Part shown: positions 55,213-63,584 of the stretch, in pieces
Layout: each line of letters begins with the position of its first letter
Position numbering within the stretch: position 1 is the stretch's first letter
NCBI GenBank assembly: GCA_035569395.1
Contig: DATMNC010000063.1
Location: 91,059-155,058, forward strand
DNA from: Thermoanaerobaculia bacterium
GTDB lineage: Bacteria > Acidobacteriota > Thermoanaerobaculia > Gp7-AA8
Reading direction: 5' to 3'
Length of the DNA: 64,000 nt
Made by a program: the position numbers and the translations under genes
The notes under the pieces: generated by a model
Database searches by the model: none
Seen by the model: the letters and a program-made list of their open reading frames with translations, nothing else
What the model was told of the DNA's origin: nothing

Positions 55213-55244
55213 GGGTCGCAGGTTCGATCCCTGCGGGGGACCCA
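55213..55244 (+). repeat. direct repeat of the tRNA-Arg 3' end (distal att site)
   Basis: gggtcgcaggttcgatccctgcGggggacCca versus tRNA gggtcgcaggttcgatccctgcCggggacGcca. The first 22 nt are identical, and about 30 of 32 positions match. Confidence 0.85.
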
Positions 55245-55333
55245 GGCCGAGTGTTAAAACCGCGAGGGTCGCAGAAGCCACGCAGATTGATGTTCTGCGT
55301 GACTTCGCAACCCCGAGAGCCGTCGAGCCCGGC

Positions 55334-55732
55334 CTACATCGACCGGCGGTTGGCGCTGTCGTCGGGGCGGAACTCGTTGCTCTCCGGACGCGGCGACGCG
55401 CTCCGCTCCATCTCTCCGTACGTGCCTCGGTCGCTTGCGCGGCCGATGTAATTCTGACGCTCGGTGTCGGTGGCGACGGGAGTGGTGTTCTCTTCCGCAA
55501 CCGTCTGGCGTGTCCGCCCGCGGCTGTGGCCACCCTCGCGGCCGATCGCCGACATGTGCGCGCGGTCGCGGCTCACCGCTTCGCCGCCTTTGCGGCCAGC
55601 CACGCGTGCTTCGTCGGATGTAAATTCGTGAGCGGTTCCCTTCGAGTGGGCCGCTCGCCCACCTTTGCTGGCGATGTCGCGCTGTTTGGACGGGTCCATC
55701 GAGGCAAAACCGCGTTTGCTTGTATTCGCCAT
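55334..55732 (-). CDS. KGG-repeat general stress protein
   Basis: Starts at MANTSKRGFASMDPSKQRDIASKGGRAAH after AAGGAG. Repeated (A/R)xKGG motifs as in YciG-type stress proteins. The track N-terminus to 55939 is spurious. Confidence 0.8.
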   Translation of the reverse strand: MANTSKRGFASMDPSKQRDIASKGGRAAHSKGTAHEFTSDEARVAGRKGGEAVSRDRAHMSAIGREGGHSRGRTRQTVAEENTTPVATDTERQNYIGRASDRGTYGEMERSASPRPESNEFRPDDSANRRSM

Positions 55733-55939
55733 GAGTATCTCCTTTGAGTCCTTCCTGAGTTCTTCGAAGTAGGTACCGCGAGAACTGCATCGAACTGCGT
55801 GAGGCGAGCTAATCAGGTTCACGAACTGTGCCATGAACTCCGTAATAACTACTGCTTTATCCCGGGTTGCGCGAACGGGGAATTGACCCTGCTCAATCCG
55901 CATTCTGCGGTGTGCATTTGGCACCACGGTCTGAGCCAC

Positions 55940-56032
55940 GGAGAGATGGGTGAGTGGCTGAAACCAACGGTTTGCTAAACCGTCGTAGGGTCTAAAGCTC
56001 TACCGAGGGTTCGAATCCCTCTCTCTCCGCCA
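55940..56032 (+). tRNA. tRNA-Ser (anticodon GCT)
   Basis: Acceptor ggagaga/tctctcc, anticodon arm acggt-ttGCTaa-accgt, long variable arm, T-arm gaggg-ttcgaat-ccctc. CCA is encoded. Confidence 0.9.
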
Positions 56033-56145
56033 CCGGGCACGGCCCGGTTCGTTGGTTGGGCAAGCCTCGGCCACCATCCTCTCTCTCACGCTTACGGCAA
56101 CGAGTGCGTTCGTTACCTGTTTGCGGCAATGGATCTTGCTGTCCT

Positions 56146-57387
56146 TTAGCGGCTGAGTGCGCGTTCCACGGAATCGATCGTCGCCTCGATCTCGATCGTT
56201 CGCTCAGGCGGCACATTGCGGAGAATGGCGTCCGTGTCCTTCAGCAGGTGGCCGGTCAGGACGCAGACGACCCGCTCGCCCTCCTTCATGACCCCCGAGG
56301 CGCGTAACTTTTTCACCCCCGCCAGGGTTGTCGCCGACGCCGGCTCGCAGCCGATGCCCATCTCGTCGATCTCGCGCTTGGCCTGCATCAGCTCATCGTC
56401 CGTCACCTGTTCGACGATGCCGTTCGTCAGTTGAATGGCGGTGACCGCTTTGGCGTGGCTGACCGGATCGCCGATGCGGATGGCGCTGGCGACTGTCTCC
56501 GCGGTGATGCGATGCCGCTCTGAAAAACCGTCCCGAAAGCTGCGGTAGAACGGGTTGGCGCCGCTGGCCTGGATCGATGCCAGCCGCGGCATCGTGGCGA
56601 TCCAGCCGGCGTCAAGAGCCTCGCGAAGCGCTTTGCCGAACGAGCTGGTGTTGCCGAGGTTCCCGGCCGGGACGACGATCCAGTCGGGAGCGTTCCACTC
56701 CAGATCCTGAAGCAGTTCCCAGACGATCGTTTTTTGTCCCTCGATGCGGAACGGGTTGATGGAGTTGACGAGATAGATGCCGAGGCGGTCGCTGGCTTCG
56801 CGGACGAGCTGCATCGCCGCATCGAAATCGCCGCGAACCGCGAGCACGGTGGCGCCGTACGCCAGGGTCTGGGCCAGTTTCCCGGTCGACACCTTCCCGG
56901 ATGGAATGAAGACGATGGCGCGCAGGCCGGCTTGGGCGGCGTAGGCGGCGAGCGACGCGCTCGTGTTGCCGGTCGATGCGCAGGCGACGGCGCGCGCGCC
57001 AAGGCGTTTAGCCTGCGTCATGGCCACGGTCATGCCGCGGTCTTTGAAGGAGCCGGTTGGGTTTTCGCCTTCGTGTTTGAACAGGATGGTGAAGCCGTTG
57101 TCGGTTTTCGGTTGTCGGTTGTCATCCGACTCCCGTTCATACATCCGCGTTGCCCCTTCAGGATGCGTGATGATCTCGTTCTCCTCGACCTCCAGCACCG
57201 CCTCGCGGAAACGCCAGACGCCGCTCTTGTCGATGGTGCGGCGGCTGGAGAGACGCGCGTCGAATGTCTCCCGCTGCGGCACGACGTCGCGCTCGACGCT
57301 CAGCAGCTCGCCGCACTCGCACGTGTACCGCACCTCGGACGTATCAAAGCGCCGCCCGCAGCCGATGCACTGGAGCCATTCGCTCAT
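56146..57387 (-). CDS. thrC: threonine synthase (with N-terminal zinc ribbon)
   Basis: CIGCGRRF...YTCECG, HEGENPTGSFKDRGM (PLP Lys) and ASTGNTSASLAAYAA. Contains a heptamer-repeat insert at 57097..57124. Confidence 0.92.
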   Translation of the reverse strand: MSEWLQCIGCGRRFDTSEVRYTCECGELLSVERDVVPQRETFDARLSSRRTIDKSGVWRFREAVLEVEENEIITHPEGATRMYERESDDNRQPKTDNGFTILFKHEGENPTGSFKDRGMTVAMTQAKRLGARAVACASTGNTSASLAAYAAQAGLRAIVFIPSGKVSTGKLAQTLAYGATVLAVRGDFDAAMQLVREASDRLGIYLVNSINPFRIEGQKTIVWELLQDLEWNAPDWIVVPAGNLGNTSSFGKALREALDAGWIATMPRLASIQASGANPFYRSFRDGFSERHRITAETVASAIRIGDPVSHAKAVTAIQLTNGIVEQVTDDELMQAKREIDEMGIGCEPASATTLAGVKKLRASGVMKEGERVVCVLTGHLLKDTDAILRNVPPERTIEIEATIDSVERALSR

Positions 57388-58298
57388 ACGGCACGCACTC
57401 CCCGCCGCGCGATCGGCGAGACGTTCACGACAGACCCGACTTGTCCGAACGCCTTCTGCATCACCCTGGCGACGCGCCGCGCGGCATCGTCGTCTTCACA
57501 GATGGCGACGAGTGTCGGCCCGGAGCCGCTGATGGTGCAGGCGAAGGCGCCAGCGTCGGTGGCCGCGCGCTTGACGGCGTTGAAGTGCGGAATGAGCGCG
57601 GCGCGACGCGGCTCGGCATAGCGATCGTCGAGCGCGCGGCGCAGTAGCTCTCCGTCGCCGGTAGCGAAGGCGTGCAGGACGCCGGCGGTGTTCGCCATCT
57701 GCTGCACCCACACCGCGCGGCCGGACGTCGATGGCAAAACCTCGCGCGCCGCTTTCGTCTCAATGCGCCCGTCAGGGGTCACGAGTGCGAGGCGCCAGTC
57801 CGCCATTACCGTCAGCGCGACGATGTCGATCGGCCGCACAGAACGCGAAAGCGCCAGTCCGCCGAGGATCGAAGGCGCGATGTTGTCGAGATGCTCGCCC
57901 GCGACCATCATTTCCCCTTGCAGCGCGGCCGCGGCCAGCTCGTTGGGAGCTGTTTCCGATCCCATCGCCAGCGCCGCCGCGAAGGCGCCGGCGACGCTGC
58001 TGGCCGCGCTCCCGCCAAGGCCGCCGGAGAGCGGGAGACCCTTCTCGATGGTGACGATCGGGTTGCGAGCGTCGCCATGCGCGCGGAGCCAGGCGATGGC
58101 CGCGATCGCCGCCGCGTTGCGCTGGGGATCGAGCGGTACGTGCGCGGCGTCGACACCGATGATGGCGTCGATACGCGCATCGCCATCGGTGAGCTCGACG
58201 GTCACGCGATCGCCGAGCCCTTCGATCGCCAGGCCGAGGACGTCGAAGCCGGGACCGACGTTGCCGATCGAGCCGGGGGCGAACGCACTCCCTTTCAC
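57384..58298 (-). CDS. thrB: homoserine kinase
   Basis: APGSIGNVGPGFDVLGLA and KGLPLSGGLGGSAASSVA (GHMP kinase motif). 4-nt overlaps with both neighbours. Confidence 0.9.
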   Translation of the reverse strand: MKGSAFAPGSIGNVGPGFDVLGLAIEGLGDRVTVELTDGDARIDAIIGVDAAHVPLDPQRNAAAIAAIAWLRAHGDARNPIVTIEKGLPLSGGLGGSAASSVAGAFAAALAMGSETAPNELAAAALQGEMMVAGEHLDNIAPSILGGLALSRSVRPIDIVALTVMADWRLALVTPDGRIETKAAREVLPSTSGRAVWVQQMANTAGVLHAFATGDGELLRRALDDRYAEPRRAALIPHFNAVKRAATDAGAFACTISGSGPTLVAICEDDDAARRVARVMQKAFGQVGSVVNVSPIARRGVRAV

Positions 58299-60844
58299 CG
58301 GGGACGCCTCCGCCGCTCCTCCATGGCGATGGCCACGATGTCGTTCAGAACTCCGGCCGCGGTCACCTTCGCCCCGGCCCCCGGACCGGTCACGACGAGC
58401 GGGTTGGTCTTGTAACGCTTCGAATAGATGGCCACCTGATTGTCGGTGCCGCGGAGATGCGCGAGCGGCGAGCTTGCAGGGACAGCCTCGATGCCGACCG
58501 AGATCGAGCGGCTGCGAATCCTGGCGACATAGCGCAGAACCTTCCCCCCGCGCCGCGCGCGGTCGACGCGTTCGCGCCAGGCCTCGTTGAGCGAGCCGAG
58601 ACTGAGGACGAAGGCGCGCGCGTCGGCGTGAACACCATCGTCATGGAAAAGCGGCTCGAGCTCAATCTCGTCCGGCTCCGCGCGGTAACCGAGAGTGCGC
58701 GCCAGAATCAATGCCTTGCGCGCCACGTCTTTACCGGAGAGATCGTCGCGCGGATCGGGCTCCGTGTATCCGAGCTCCCACGCTTTTCTGACAGCCTCGG
58801 AGAATGCCACTCCATCTTCCAGCGCCGTCGTGATGAAACCGAGCGTGCCGGAGAAACAGCCGAGGATCATCTCGATCGAATCACCGGCGCTTTGCAGTTT
58901 GGCGATGGTGTCGAGCACCGGCAGGCCGGCGCCGGCGGTGGCTTCATAGCGAATCGATAGATGGCGCTCTCTCGCCGTTGCCATCAGGCGATCGAATTCC
59001 ATCTGCGGCCCGGCCAACGGTTTCTTGTTCGCGCAGACGACGTGGAAACCGTGCTCGAGCGCCTCCTGCAGCAGCGGCGCGGTCTCTTCGGAGGTGAGAT
59101 CGACCAGCACCGGCCGGTACGACGGCAGCATCCACAACTCGCTGCGCATCATCGCTTCGAGCTCGCGCAGCGTCAGCGGCGAACCGCGCTCGAAGAGGCG
59201 CGCGCCGGATGCCTTCTGTTTGGCAAATCGCCGCAGGGTTCCGGGGGCGAAGCCTTTGTCGTCGATCTGAATGCCGGAACGATCGGCGACGGCGACGACC
59301 TTGAGATCGATGCCGAGATCGCGGCGAAGATGCGGCTGCTGGGCGATGAGCTGCCGTGCCAGCTCGCGTCCGATCTGGCCGAAGCCGAGGAGCGTGAGCT
59401 TGGCCTCGCGCCCGGTCGTGTCGGCGAGTGGGCGAACCTTGTGCAATTGGTATTCGGAGTGGAGCGCTAGGAGCGCGCGCGTGGCATCGCTCTCGGCGAC
59501 GGCCACGGTAATGTTGAGCTCCGACGATCCCTGCGCGATGGCCACGATGTTGACGCCGGCCGCGGCGATCGCGGAGAAGGTGCGGGCGGCGATGCCAGAG
59601 GTGCCGCGCATGCCGAGGCCCACCACGGCGATCAGCGCCACACGCTTCTCGGCGTCGATGCGGTCGATCAAGAGCATTTTCCGTTCGGATTCGAAAACAC
59701 GCTCGAGCGCGGCCACGGCATGATCGGCCTCCGCTTCCGGCACGACGAAGCAGATGCTCGATTCGCTGGAAGCCTGGCTGATCATCGAGACCGAATGTCC
59801 CGCCATCGAGAGCGCGGTGAATGCGCGGCCCGCCACGCCCGGCACACCGATCATCCCTTTGCCTTCGATAGAAACGAGCGCCTGGCGATGAATGGCCGTG
59901 AGCGCTTTGACCGGATACGCGCCCGCTTTCACATCGCCGGCGATTCGCGTGCCGGTGCTCGTCTCGCGAAATGTGTTCCGCACGAAGAGCGGGATCTTTC
60001 TGTCGACGAGCGGGATCATCGTGCGGGGATGCAGCACCTTGGCGCCGTAGTAGGCCAGCTCCGCCGCCTCGCGGTAATGCATGCTGGCGATGACGCGCGC
60101 GGCGGGAACGCTCTTCGGATCGGCGGTCATGAGGCCGTCGACTTCTTTGTAGAGCGTCAAAGCGCGCGCGCGTACGCTGCGGGCCACGATGGCAGCGGAG
60201 AAGTCGCTGCCTCCGCGCCCGAGAGTGACCAGCGAGCCATCCGGACCGTTGGCGATGTAGCCGGGAATGATCACGACGTTCCCTTTGGCGAGCAGCGGCA
60301 GAATGTGTTTCTTCGCCGCGCTCTCGCATCGCGCGAGGTTCGGCCAGAGCGTGCCGAGGCGATCCTCCGTCTGGATGACGTCGACCGCATCGACGTAGAC
60401 CGCATCGATCCCCGCTTCATTCGCGGCCGCCGCGAAGATCCGCGCGACGGCGCGTTCTCCGCGCGCCACGAGCGCATCCAGCGCGCGCGGTGTCAACTCC
60501 CGGAGCACGGCGATGCTCTCCATCATCGAGCGCATCTCGTGCACCGAATCGCGAATCACTTCCGTAAGCTCCTCGGCACGGCGCTTCGATGCGATCAGCT
60601 CCGAGACCAGCAACATGTGCCGCGCTTCCAGCTCCGCCGCCGCATCTTCGCAATGCCCGCGATCGCGCCGTAACGCCGCGTGCCCCGCGTCGAGCAGCAG
60701 GTCGGTAATGCCGTTCATCGCCGAAACGACCACAACGACATTCGGAGCGGCGCGCCGCACGTGCGCCAGCGCAACGCGAATGGCCTCGGCATCACCGACC
60801 GCGACGCCGCCAAACTTGAATGCCTCGGGAGAGGACTGCGTCAT
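58295..60844 (-). CDS. thrA: bifunctional aspartokinase / homoserine dehydrogenase
   Basis: KFGGVAVGDAE...VVVVSAMNGITD (aspartokinase), ACT region, then LLGFGQIGRELARQL...GYTEPDPRDDLSGKDVARK (homoserine dehydrogenase). Confidence 0.92.
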   Translation of the reverse strand: MTQSSPEAFKFGGVAVGDAEAIRVALAHVRRAAPNVVVVVSAMNGITDLLLDAGHAALRRDRGHCEDAAAELEARHMLLVSELIASKRRAEELTEVIRDSVHEMRSMMESIAVLRELTPRALDALVARGERAVARIFAAAANEAGIDAVYVDAVDVIQTEDRLGTLWPNLARCESAAKKHILPLLAKGNVVIIPGYIANGPDGSLVTLGRGGSDFSAAIVARSVRARALTLYKEVDGLMTADPKSVPAARVIASMHYREAAELAYYGAKVLHPRTMIPLVDRKIPLFVRNTFRETSTGTRIAGDVKAGAYPVKALTAIHRQALVSIEGKGMIGVPGVAGRAFTALSMAGHSVSMISQASSESSICFVVPEAEADHAVAALERVFESERKMLLIDRIDAEKRVALIAVVGLGMRGTSGIAARTFSAIAAAGVNIVAIAQGSSELNITVAVAESDATRALLALHSEYQLHKVRPLADTTGREAKLTLLGFGQIGRELARQLIAQQPHLRRDLGIDLKVVAVADRSGIQIDDKGFAPGTLRRFAKQKASGARLFERGSPLTLRELEAMMRSELWMLPSYRPVLVDLTSEETAPLLQEALEHGFHVVCANKKPLAGPQMEFDRLMATARERHLSIRYEATAGAGLPVLDTIAKLQSAGDSIEMILGCFSGTLGFITTALEDGVAFSEAVRKAWELGYTEPDPRDDLSGKDVARKALILARTLGYRAEPDEIELEPLFHDDGVHADARAFVLSLGSLNEAWRERVDRARRGGKVLRYVARIRSRSISVGIEAVPASSPLAHLRGTDNQVAIYSKRYKTNPLVVTGPGAGAKVTAAGVLNDIVAIAMEERRRRPR

Positions 60845-60924
60845 GGAAATCGGAGTATAGGTGAGGGCATCAGTCTGACTGAAAGTACAGAAACCGTTTC
60901 ATAATGATGCCTGGAGGTAACCAA

Positions 60925-61290
60925 ATGGCACGTGGCCTTCGCGTCGTACTCGCCAACCTCGCTCCGCTTGCCCTGATGTGGATCATGGGGTTCGCGCTGG
61001 TACAGACGGGCGAACGCTTTTCAGCACCGGTTACGCTCCTGGAAGCCGGTCAATTGACCGGGATCATCATCGGTGCCGCGCTCGCGTGGAAGCTTCGGGC
61101 GCGAGTCGCTCTTTTCCTGCTGGCGGTCTTCTTCGCGGAGGTCGGCTCGTTGTTGATCGCTCATTTGTACTACCGCGTCGATTGCGTGAACGGCGGCCCG
61201 GTGCAGATGGCAATTTTGTTGGCGAGCGTGCTCGGTGTCATCGTCGGCTCGGTCATCAACCGCGGCCGTGTGTCCGCCGCGGCCGCTTGA
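60925..61290 (+). CDS. small membrane protein, function unknown
   Basis: Four hydrophobic helices. I prefer the ATG at 60925 (GGAGG 9 nt upstream) to 60904. Confidence 0.55.
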   Translation: MARGLRVVLANLAPLALMWIMGFALVQTGERFSAPVTLLEAGQLTGIIIGAALAWKLRARVALFLLAVFFAEVGSLLIAHLYYRVDCVNGGPVQMAILLASVLGVIVGSVINRGRVSAAAA

Positions 61291-61324
61291 CGTCATCCTC
61301 CATCTCCGCGTATAACCTGACTCG

Positions 61325-61411
61325 ATGACTTCCGTGCTCTCGATGGTGGCGACGATGACCTGCGCATGTCCGATGTGTCCCATGCGCGGGCACGACTTCT
61401 TCGAGAGCTGA
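61325..61411 (+). CDS. candidate 28-codon Met/Cys-rich small ORF (leader peptide or precursor peptide?)
   Basis: MTSVLSMVATMTCACPMCPMRGHDFFES has 6 Met and 3 Cys in 28 codons, with high GC3. No obvious SD. A terminator follows 27 nt downstream. It could be a chance ORF. Confidence 0.25.
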   Translation: MTSVLSMVATMTCACPMCPMRGHDFFES

Positions 61412-61437
61412 TCCAGGCTTCCACGAACGAACTCAAA

Positions 61438-61474
61438 CCCGCAACGGCGTGCCGTCGCGGGTTTTCTGTTTCTG
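61438..61474 (+). terminator. rho-independent terminator upstream of the ATP-grasp gene
   Basis: acccgcaacgg-cgtg-ccgtcgcgggt (10 of 11 pairs) followed by ttttctgtttct. Confidence 0.7.
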
Positions 61475-61516
61475 CCCACCTCTCACGCCGTCCGGGTCAA
61501 CCAGAAAGGATGACCG

Positions 61517-62494
61517 ATGGCGCAGCAGAGACCGATCGCGATTTACTACGAGCACCCGCAGTGGTTCCGTCCCCTGTTTCACGAGCTGGAGCGGCGTGAA
61601 ACTCCCTACGTCCGCATCGATGCCGGCCAGCATCGCTTCACCCCCGGCGAAGGGCCGCGCAACGGTTCGCGTCCCGCGCTGCTTTTCAACCGCATGTCGC
61701 CTTCGGCATGGAAGCGCGGCCGCCGTTCGGCAATCTTCTACACGCACGACTACCTCGCCCACCTCGAGCGCGAGAACGTGGCCGTGTTCAACGGGGCGGC
61801 TTCCTACCGCTTCGAGACCAGCAAGGCCTTGCAGCTCTCGCTGCTGTCGCAACTCGGATTTCCCAGCCCGCGCACGCGCATCGTCAACCACCCCTCGTTG
61901 TTGCCGGAAGCGGCGGAGGGACTGCTCTTCCCGCTCATCGTCAAGCCGAACATCGGCGGCAGCGGCGCGGGGATCCGCCGCTTCGATACGTTCCTCTCCC
62001 TCGTCGAGACATCCGAAGATCCTTCACTCGCCGACAGCGTCGACGGCACGCTTCTCCTTCAGGAGTACCACCCGCCACGCAATCGCAGCATCGTGCGCGT
62101 GGAAACGCTGGAGCACCGCTACCTCTACGGCATCCGCGTCCATCTCGGCGATGAGGAAGGCTTCGATCTCTGCCCCGCGGATGTCTGTAAAACGACGGAC
62201 GGCCGTGAGCTGACCTCCTCCGCCTGTCCTGCCGATGCGGTGAAGCGTGGCCTCAGCGTCGAGCCGTACGAGCCGCCCACGGAGATCATCGACGCCGTCG
62301 AACGGATCGCCGCCGCCGCGCACCTCGACGTCGGCGGCATCGAGTATCTCGAAAGCGAACGCGATGGCGAGATCTACTTCTACGACATCAACGCCCTCTC
62401 GAACTTCGTGGCCGACCCCGTCTCGGTCGTCGGTTTCGACCCGACAGCGCGGCTCGTCGACGCCCTCGTGGCCCGCGCGGAGAGTGCGTCATGA
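61517..62494 (+). CDS. ATP-grasp domain protein (RimK-like ligase family)
   Basis: LFPLIVKPNIGGSGAGIRRF...LLQEY...GGIEYLESERDGEIYFYDINALSNF is ATP-grasp-like. AAAGGA RBS. Confidence 0.75.
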   Translation: MAQQRPIAIYYEHPQWFRPLFHELERRETPYVRIDAGQHRFTPGEGPRNGSRPALLFNRMSPSAWKRGRRSAIFYTHDYLAHLERENVAVFNGAASYRFETSKALQLSLLSQLGFPSPRTRIVNHPSLLPEAAEGLLFPLIVKPNIGGSGAGIRRFDTFLSLVETSEDPSLADSVDGTLLLQEYHPPRNRSIVRVETLEHRYLYGIRVHLGDEEGFDLCPADVCKTTDGRELTSSACPADAVKRGLSVEPYEPPTEIIDAVERIAAAAHLDVGGIEYLESERDGEIYFYDINALSNFVADPVSVVGFDPTARLVDALVARAESAS

Positions 62495-63579
62495 GCCTTC
62501 GATACGGTTACTGGCTTCCGATGTTCGGAGGATGGCTTCGCAACGTCGACGATGAGCAGATGGAGGCGAGCTGGCGCTACGTGCGCGATCTGGCCGTGCG
62601 CAGCGAACAGATCGGCTACGACATCAGCCTCCTTGCCGAGCTCAATCTGAACGACATCAAAGGCGTCGACGAGCCGAGTCTCGACGCCTGGACTACCGCC
62701 GCCGCGCTGGCCGCGGTCACCGATCGCCTGGAGCTGATGGTGGCCGTCCGCCCGACGTTTCATCATCCGGCCCTTCTGGCCAAGCATGCGGCCAGCATCG
62801 ATCAGATCAGCAAGGGCCGTATCTCGCTCAACGTCGTCTCCGCCTGGTGGCGCGACGAAGCGCTGCAATACGGACTAGCCTTCGACGAGCACGACACGCG
62901 CTACGAGCGCACCGCGGAATGGCTGGCCGTCGTCGACGGACTCTGGTCGCAGCCGCGCTTCAGCTACGAAGGGACTCACTACACGATCCGCAACGCCATC
63001 CTCGAGCCGAAGCCGGTGCGCAAACCGGTGATCTACGCCGGAGGCGAATCGGAAACGGCCAAGAACCTCATCGCTGAGCGTGCCGACGCCTACGTCATGC
63101 ATGGCGACCCCCCCGAACGGCTGGCGCCGAAGATCGCTGACATGGCCGCGCGCCGCGAACGCCTCGCACCGGGGAAACCGCCGCTGCAGTTCGGTGTGGC
63201 CGGCTTCGTCGTCTGCCGCAATTCCGAGGAGGCCGCCCGGCGTGAGCTGGCCCGCATCACCGACGTGAAAGCGACCGCACGTGGTTTTTCCAACTACGAG
63301 CAGTGGCTCTCCGGCACGAAGCTCGAGCAACACGTGTCGTTGGAGGACTACTCGGTCTCCAACCGAGGATTGCGAACGGGACTGGTCGGAACGCCGGAGC
63401 AGATCTCGGTACGGCTCGATGAGCTGGAACGGATCGGCATCGATCTCACGCTTCTTCAGTTCAGCCCGCAGGCGGAGGAGATGGAGCGCTTCGCGGCGGA
63501 TGTGATCGCCAAACGCGGCGCGCTGTCACACGGCGCGGAACGACGCATTCCCGATAGCGAACGAGTATTGATAACCTAG
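62491..63579 (+). CDS. LLM-class flavin-dependent monooxygenase (SfnG / dimethylsulfone-monooxygenase-like branch, tentative)
   Basis: YGYWLPMFGGWL, ASIDQISKGRISLNVVSAWW, EHDTRYERTAEW and LVGTPEQISVRLDELERIGIDL resemble luciferase-like monooxygenases. The sub-family call is from memory of SfnG-type sequences only. Confidence 0.75.
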   Translation: MSLRYGYWLPMFGGWLRNVDDEQMEASWRYVRDLAVRSEQIGYDISLLAELNLNDIKGVDEPSLDAWTTAAALAAVTDRLELMVAVRPTFHHPALLAKHAASIDQISKGRISLNVVSAWWRDEALQYGLAFDEHDTRYERTAEWLAVVDGLWSQPRFSYEGTHYTIRNAILEPKPVRKPVIYAGGESETAKNLIAERADAYVMHGDPPERLAPKIADMAARRERLAPGKPPLQFGVAGFVVCRNSEEAARRELARITDVKATARGFSNYEQWLSGTKLEQHVSLEDYSVSNRGLRTGLVGTPEQISVRLDELERIGIDLTLLQFSPQAEEMERFAADVIAKRGALSHGAERRIPDSERVLIT

Positions 63580-63584
63580 CGTCT

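Larger units (their letters stand above)
48849..55244. mobile_element. 6.4-kb genomic island integrated at tRNA-Arg(TCT), apparently immobilised
   Basis: Bounded by the tRNA-Arg 3' end (48816-48848) and a near-identical direct repeat (55213-55244). GC is visibly lower than in the flanks. A decayed tyrosine integrase sits at the distal end. Confidence 0.75.

Noticed and set aside
55211-55939. ORFs 55211..55747 (+), 55254..55790 (-) and the long N-terminus of 55334..55939
   Set aside because: They overlap the KGG stress-protein gene, which has a strong AAGGAG site and a typical start at 55732. The remainder is shadow or extension.
56033-56060. Small hairpin ccgggc-acg-gcccgg after tRNA-Ser as a terminator
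   Set aside because: The stem is only 6 bp and the T-tract is poor, which is too weak to call.
58944-60329. 461-aa minus-strand alternative-frame ORF, and plus-strand ORFs (57688..58590, 59720..60673) within the thr operon
   Set aside because: They are out-of-frame or antisense to thrA/thrB, which carry clear catalytic motifs.
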